NCBI GenBank assembly: GCA_965223845.1
Contig: CBDCXR010000004.1
Location: 4,576,001 to 4,640,000, forward strand
Length of the DNA stretch: 64,000 bases
Origin: Planctomycetota bacterium
Lineage (GTDB): Bacteria; Planctomycetota; UBA8108; SXIK01
Direction of reading: 5' to 3'
The position numbers and the translations under genes were made by a program. This document shows, in pieces, positions 59,297 to 64,000 of the stretch (within the stretch, counting starts at the first letter, position 1; each line of letters begins with the position of its first letter). The notes beneath the pieces were generated by a model. That model ran no database searches. It saw nothing but the letters and a program-made list of their open reading frames with translations, and had not been told where the DNA came from.

Positions 59297-60759
59297 TGTC
59301 GCGCCGACGAATTCGCGCCTGGGTGATCGGCGCCGCCAATTTTGGCCTTCTCATCGCGATCGCGCTCGTCAGCTATCACATCCCGTTCGGCGGAGCGCGC
59401 GGATTCGACGATCGATTCCGAACGGACAACGAGTTCATCCGCGGCGACTCGAACGACGATGGTTTCGTCGACATCTCCGACCCGCTCCATATCCTCGGCT
59501 TCCTCTTCGGAGGCGGCGAAATCCCTCCCTGCCGCGCGGCGTCGGACGCGAACGACAGCGCGCGGATCGACATCTCGGACGCACTCCTTCTCCTCAATTT
59601 CCTCTTCGGTGATGGATTCCCGCCGTCGGCACCGTATCCCGAACCCGATCGCGACCCGACCTTCGATCTCGGGTGTCGTGAGGCGCCGGCGCCGCCCGTG
59701 CCCGCGGTCGGCGAGCTCGGCGGTCCGGATCGGGAGCTCACGGACGCAGAGATGCAGTCGTGGCTCCGCGGGCGGCAGCTCTTCGATCGTCGGACGACCC
59801 TCGCCGAGGGGCTCGGTCCGATGTTCAACGGCGACTCCTGCCGCGGATGTCACCTCGATCCCGTCATCGGGGGCTCGGGCGGACTCGACGTCAATGTCGT
59901 TCGTTTCGCCAACGAGGATCCGGAGAGCGGTGAGGTCACCTTCGTCGAAGGCGGTCCCGCCACGTCGCGCTTCGCGCTGCTCACGCTCCAGCGTGAGGAG
60001 ATTCCCCCGGACGGCAACATCATCGAATCGCGACAGACGCCGACCGTTCTCGGCCTCGGACTCGTCGACCGACTCTCAGACGATGTCTTGCTCGCGAACG
60101 CGGACCCGGACGACTCGGACGGCGACGGAATCTCGGGGCGCGCGAAGATCGTCAACGGCCGCGTCGCGCGATTCGGGCACAAATGCGACGTGCCGACCCT
60201 CCTCGACTTCACCGCGGATGCGCTCTTCAACGAGCTCGGCGTGACGGTCGGCGCACACCGCTCGACGTTCGCCGTCGCCGAGGACACCGACGGCGCCGAG
60301 GACCCCGAGCTCTCCGACGAGCAGCTCGACGACCTCGCGTTCTTTAGCTCGCACCTCGCGCCCCCGCCTCGGCTCCTCCCCGACTCACCGAACGCGCTCG
60401 CGCTCATCGCCGAGGGCGAATCGCTGTTCGCCGAGATCGGCTGCGCCAAGTGCCACGTTCCAGCGCTCGAAGGCGCCGACGGCCCGGTCCCCGCGTACTC
60501 GGATTTCCTGCTCCACGACGTCGCCGACCCGCGCCGGTATCAAGTCATGAGCACCGACGCCGAACCGCGCGAGTTTCGCACCGCGCCGCTGTGGGGGGTT
60601 CGAGACACGGGACCGTACCTTCACGATGGGTCCGCGGAGTCGCTGCGGAACGCGATCCTCATCGGCCATTGGGGTGAAGCAGAGGCGGCACGCGACGCCT
60701 ATGAGGCTTTGCCCATCGTGGAAGCGCAGAAGCTCGAAGCGTTCTTGCTCAGCCTCTGA
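59296..60759 (+). CDS. DHOR family protein with N-terminal dockerin/EF-hand-like domain
   Basis: FIRGDSNDDGFVDISD...DANDSARIDISD, then CRGCH, CAKCH, SDFLLHD, FRTAPLWG; TGATG overlap with the upstream DHOR. Confidence 0.9.
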   Translation: MSRRRIRAWVIGAANFGLLIAIALVSYHIPFGGARGFDDRFRTDNEFIRGDSNDDGFVDISDPLHILGFLFGGGEIPPCRAASDANDSARIDISDALLLLNFLFGDGFPPSAPYPEPDRDPTFDLGCREAPAPPVPAVGELGGPDRELTDAEMQSWLRGRQLFDRRTTLAEGLGPMFNGDSCRGCHLDPVIGGSGGLDVNVVRFANEDPESGEVTFVEGGPATSRFALLTLQREEIPPDGNIIESRQTPTVLGLGLVDRLSDDVLLANADPDDSDGDGISGRAKIVNGRVARFGHKCDVPTLLDFTADALFNELGVTVGAHRSTFAVAEDTDGAEDPELSDEQLDDLAFFSSHLAPPPRLLPDSPNALALIAEGESLFAEIGCAKCHVPALEGADGPVPAYSDFLLHDVADPRRYQVMSTDAEPREFRTAPLWGVRDTGPYLHDGSAESLRNAILIGHWGEAEAARDAYEALPIVEAQKLEAFLLSL

Positions 60760-61239
60760 TCAGCTCCGATCGTTCAGCCGTCTCGTCTCCGAGCCTGCCG
60801 GCCGGCGCGTCGGTCGAAAGCATGCTCGGACGGCCGAGCCCTAAGTCGACCGACCGGTGTAGGACCGCGAACGCGGACAACCCGCGACACGTCGACGTCT
60901 GTCGACCGAGCTCCGTGACTCGCTCCGAAGTCGGGGCCCTCGCGACAAACCGCGACCGCACGGCAACATTGTCGAGTGAGGATTCCGGGGATACGAACTT
61001 CAATCCGATCATCGTCGTCAACAACGGACTGGATCACTTCGAGGGTTGGTCGGAACGGCAGAACCCAACAAATTCGTTCGGTTTAAGCGGCTCGAAGTCT
61101 AGACCGTCGACGAAGCGAGCGCACTCGAGCTTGTTCTGATTCTCTCGCGCTGAAGCAGCCGAGCGGCAGCGGAGGACGTCGCTTCCCGCTCGCGCTCGCG
61201 ACGGGCCGTCACTCGAAGCTTGCTCTATCCGCCGTTCGG

Positions 61240-64000
61240 TCAATCCGCCGATCGAATCTTCGCTCGATAGACCGCCCGCGGCGCCCCGAGTGGCGCGACG
61301 CGTTCGACGCCCTGCGGTGAACGAGCAACGAAGTAGTACCCGACGACGCGCATGGAATCGTCGAGGGGGAGTTTGACTGCCGCCGTGACTCGCCCGGACC
61401 CGGGCTTCGTCGGCGTCACCGCCGGAATCGGCATCTCGATCTCGCGCCATTCCGATTCGCCACCACGACCCGAAACGCGGCAGTGAAGCGTGAGAGCGGC
61501 GATCCGATCAGCGGGAACCCAGTCCTCAAGATTCACTCGGACTTCGAGCTCGTCGGATTCGCCGCGCCGGCCGCGAAGCTCTCCGTTCGTCATGACGGGC
61601 GGCGCTAGCTGCGCATTCCGCGCGTTGTCGCGGCCTGGTGTCGGTTCGAGAAATCCGAAACCCGCTTTGGTTCGTCCGTACGAAAAGCCGGGCGACTGCC
61701 GACCGTAGACGTACCAGTCGTAAACGATCGCGCGATCTCGATCGTCGTCGTCATGACGACCGGAGCGCTCGCGATCCTCGTCGAGCTCGCGCTCGTCACG
61801 CGTGGGCTCGTCATCGCGACGGTCCCGTTCGACTCGCTCCGATTTCCCATCGTCGCCTCGACGCTCGACAACGGGGCCGAGAAGCGCGACCAGCCCGCCC
61901 TCGGGGGCGAACCCCGGAAAAGAATCGCGGCGCCGCTCGCGCTCGTCTCTGTCGCGACGTTCGAGCTCCTCGCGCTCTCGGCGTTCGAGCTCCTCCTCGT
62001 CCAGCTCCTCGCGTCCGCGTCGATCGAGTTCCTCACGCTCGCGACGTTCGAGTTCCTCACGCTCACGACGTTCGAGCTCCTCCTCGTCCAGCTCCTCGCG
62101 TCCGCGTCGATCGAGTTCCTCACGCTCACGACGTTCGAGCTCCGCTCGCTCACGCCGCTCGAGCTCCTCGGCGTCGACCTCCTCGTCGGCATCTGGTGCC
62201 TGCGGCGGACCGAACCGAACGACTCGAAACTCCCGTGGATCGAGAACGCCGTTCCCGAGCTCGTGCCGCGGCCCCCGGAGACGGTCGTCCGCCGCGAGCT
62301 CGAACCCGCGGAGATCGACGCGTCGATCTCCCCGATTGTAGAGCTCAACCCAACCGCCCGAGCTCGAGAACTGAAACTCGTTGATTACGATCGGCGGGCG
62401 AAGGCGAGCGCGCTCGGTCGCGATCTGCTCGAGAAGCGACGCGGCGTGCTCGCGCACGAACCGCCGAAGCATCTCGGGCGATCGGCGAAACGGGTCGTGA
62501 TCTCCCGGCGGCCAGTGATTCGGATCCGCCTCGGCTTCCGGCGCGAGCGCCGCGAAATTGCGCTCGACGAGCGGCGTGACGAGTCGCTCTAGCCCCTGCG
62601 CGGCATCCCCGAGGCGGTCGAGGTACTCTCCGCGCAGCGCGGCGTCGTTCAAAACGCGCGAGTAGAGCATGAACCAGTAGGGCCGGGATGGCCCGAGCCC
62701 CTGAAGCGTCTGACCGAACACGGAGAGGTGCGGCCTCTCGAGGCGGCGCGACGGCCCCATGATGCCGAAACTCCCGTTGTTGTGATCCCAAGGGAGGAAA
62801 CTCCAGCGCCGTGACGGGCTCGCGTAGGAGTAGAAGAAATCGTTCGCCTCGATCTCCGACCGGTGGCAGAGAACCGACGCGATCCAGAAGTCGCGCACCG
62901 CTGGCCAGTCCGTCGCGGCGCGGACGAACGCGTGGAACTCGCCGCGGTCGATGCGGTTGATCTGCCAAAAGAACTCGTCGAGGTAACGCCGGCGGCGGTA
63001 GCTGCGGTCGCCGCCGAGTGAACCGGCGCTCGCCTCCTGAAACGATCCCGCGCGGTAGACGTAACCTTTCGGGAGTCCCAAATCCTTTCGAAGCGCGCGA
63101 TCGACCGGCGATATGTCGAGGTAGACGCCTTCGTAGCGGCCGTTGAGCACGAGGTGGACGAACGCGGCCGACGACGCTGGGACACCGAGCGCAGCGAAGA
63201 CATCGGTCGCGAGCTTCTCCTGCTGAAACGTAAAGTCGATCGGCTCCGCCTTCAGATAGAGCTTCCTCCCCGCGCGGGGACCGTGCGTTGCGGGCGGAGC
63301 ATCGCCGCCGCGAAACTCGATTCGGTAGCTCTTCTTCGCGGCGTGCCGGCTGCTGGCGCCGCGAAGACGAACCGTCACTCGGCTCGCCTCGCCGCGATAA
63401 CGGAGGAGGCCCTCGAACTCTTGATCGTCGAACGGCTCGACGAGAAGCCGGCGCAGACCCGGAGGGGAAATCTCGAGCTCGTACACGGGAAGCGCGGCCG
63501 CGGCGAGAGCTCGCGGCGCGAGCGTCACCGTCTCGCTCCACGCGCCGGCGCGCATTTCGTTCGCCCCCCGCTGGAGGCTCGCGATGCGGTACGTGTACTC
63601 GCGCCCGGGAACGACGTCGCGATCGATCCACCGCGAGACCCGCGCGCCCGACTCCCAGACGACGCGGAAGTCTCCACCATCCGTCCGCCGTTCGATGCGA
63701 AACTCAGAGACGCCGGCGCAGCCGGGCCCATTCCAGAAGAGATGGTTCTGGCCAAAGCTCGCGTCGCCGCGAAATCTCTTCGGCGGCGAAAGCGCGGCGC
63801 GGCGGGGAGACGGCGAGACCCAAATCGCACTCACGATCGATTCTCCCTGCCGGGCATCGGAGGGAACGAACCGAACGGTCAGAAGCTCTCCCGGTGCGAC
63901 GGCTCCGATTCCGCTCACTCGAAACGCTTGACCGACGCCGGCGAGCGCGAACGGATCGATCGCACTCGCGATTTTCTGGTTCTGAACGTAGACGTCGAAC
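61240..64000 (-). CDS. CotH kinase family protein with malectin-like, FN3 and lamin-tail domains; 5' end beyond the window
   Basis: The frame stays open to the window edge (FDVYVQNQKIA...SAIWV, malectin-like). FN3 WIDRDVVPGREYTYRI; CotH VRLRGASSR..KKSYRIEF, LNGRYEGVY, FLPWDHN; LTD IVINEF..WVELYN...PTPG. Confidence 0.88.
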   Translation of the reverse strand, partial: FDVYVQNQKIASAIDPFALAGVGQAFRVSGIGAVAPGELLTVRFVPSDARQGESIVSAIWVSPSPRRAALSPPKRFRGDASFGQNHLFWNGPGCAGVSEFRIERRTDGGDFRVVWESGARVSRWIDRDVVPGREYTYRIASLQRGANEMRAGAWSETVTLAPRALAAAALPVYELEISPPGLRRLLVEPFDDQEFEGLLRYRGEASRVTVRLRGASSRHAAKKSYRIEFRGGDAPPATHGPRAGRKLYLKAEPIDFTFQQEKLATDVFAALGVPASSAAFVHLVLNGRYEGVYLDISPVDRALRKDLGLPKGYVYRAGSFQEASAGSLGGDRSYRRRRYLDEFFWQINRIDRGEFHAFVRAATDWPAVRDFWIASVLCHRSEIEANDFFYSYASPSRRWSFLPWDHNNGSFGIMGPSRRLERPHLSVFGQTLQGLGPSRPYWFMLYSRVLNDAALRGEYLDRLGDAAQGLERLVTPLVERNFAALAPEAEADPNHWPPGDHDPFRRSPEMLRRFVREHAASLLEQIATERARLRPPIVINEFQFSSSGGWVELYNRGDRRVDLRGFELAADDRLRGPRHELGNGVLDPREFRVVRFGPPQAPDADEEVDAEELERRERAELERREREELDRRGREELDEEELERREREELERREREELDRRGREELDEEELERREREELERRDRDERERRRDSFPGFAPEGGLVALLGPVVERRGDDGKSERVERDRRDDEPTRDERELDEDRERSGRHDDDDRDRAIVYDWYVYGRQSPGFSYGRTKAGFGFLEPTPGRDNARNAQLAPPVMTNGELRGRRGESDELEVRVNLEDWVPADRIAALTLHCRVSGRGGESEWREIEMPIPAVTPTKPGSGRVTAAVKLPLDDSMRVVGYYFVARSPQGVERVAPLGAPRAVYRAKIRSAD
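61930..62180 (-). repeat. Coding tandem repeat (24-bp ELERRERE units within an 87-bp higher-order period)
   Basis: GCGTCCGCGTCGATCGAGTTCCTCACGCTC occurs at 62011 and 62098; it encodes E/R-rich helical repeats. Confidence 0.9.

Noticed and set aside
60760-61239. Intergenic region with small ORFs (e.g. 60822-61139); possible ncRNA
   Set aside because: No motif, tRNA fold or repeat that I can support.
61930-62180. Possible CRISPR array
   Set aside because: The repeats are in-frame coding units with no unique spacers, and there are no cas genes.

Overview
High-GC bacterial DNA, almost certainly Planctomycetota: three DUF1549/DUF1553 planctomycete cytochrome c genes, three DUF1501 genes, BlaI-M56, a giant ECF sigma fusion, and dockerin, CotH and lamin-tail proteins. 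About 45 CDS are supported; I saw no rRNA, tRNA or CRISPR. The main signal is an ~11.5 kb island (42.7-54.2 kb) encoding an M50-CBS protease, ppsA, a cytochrome c, a CBS protein, an ICMT-family protein, a P2-type ATPase, a Na/Ca antiporter and Hsp20. Its gene content parallels the mycobacterial DosR dormancy regulon, but each of its four transcription units has a similar sigma54-type GGAA(C/T) GG-N10-GC promoter, and there are candidate paired enhancer sites. A RAYT-type Y1 transposase bracketed by a 14-bp direct repeat interrupts the island. Other oddities: a BlaR1/M56 protease with tandem SIMPL-like domains and a palindromic operator, a prepilin-like/Imm5-like chimera, a TPR-AAA plus TPR-membrane pair with Vps4-like motifs, an empty 39-bp inverted-repeat element, tandem di-heme DHOR genes without imelysin, and an 87-bp-period E/R helix inside a lamin-tail domain. 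All family calls come from motif recognition by eye; no database searches were run.
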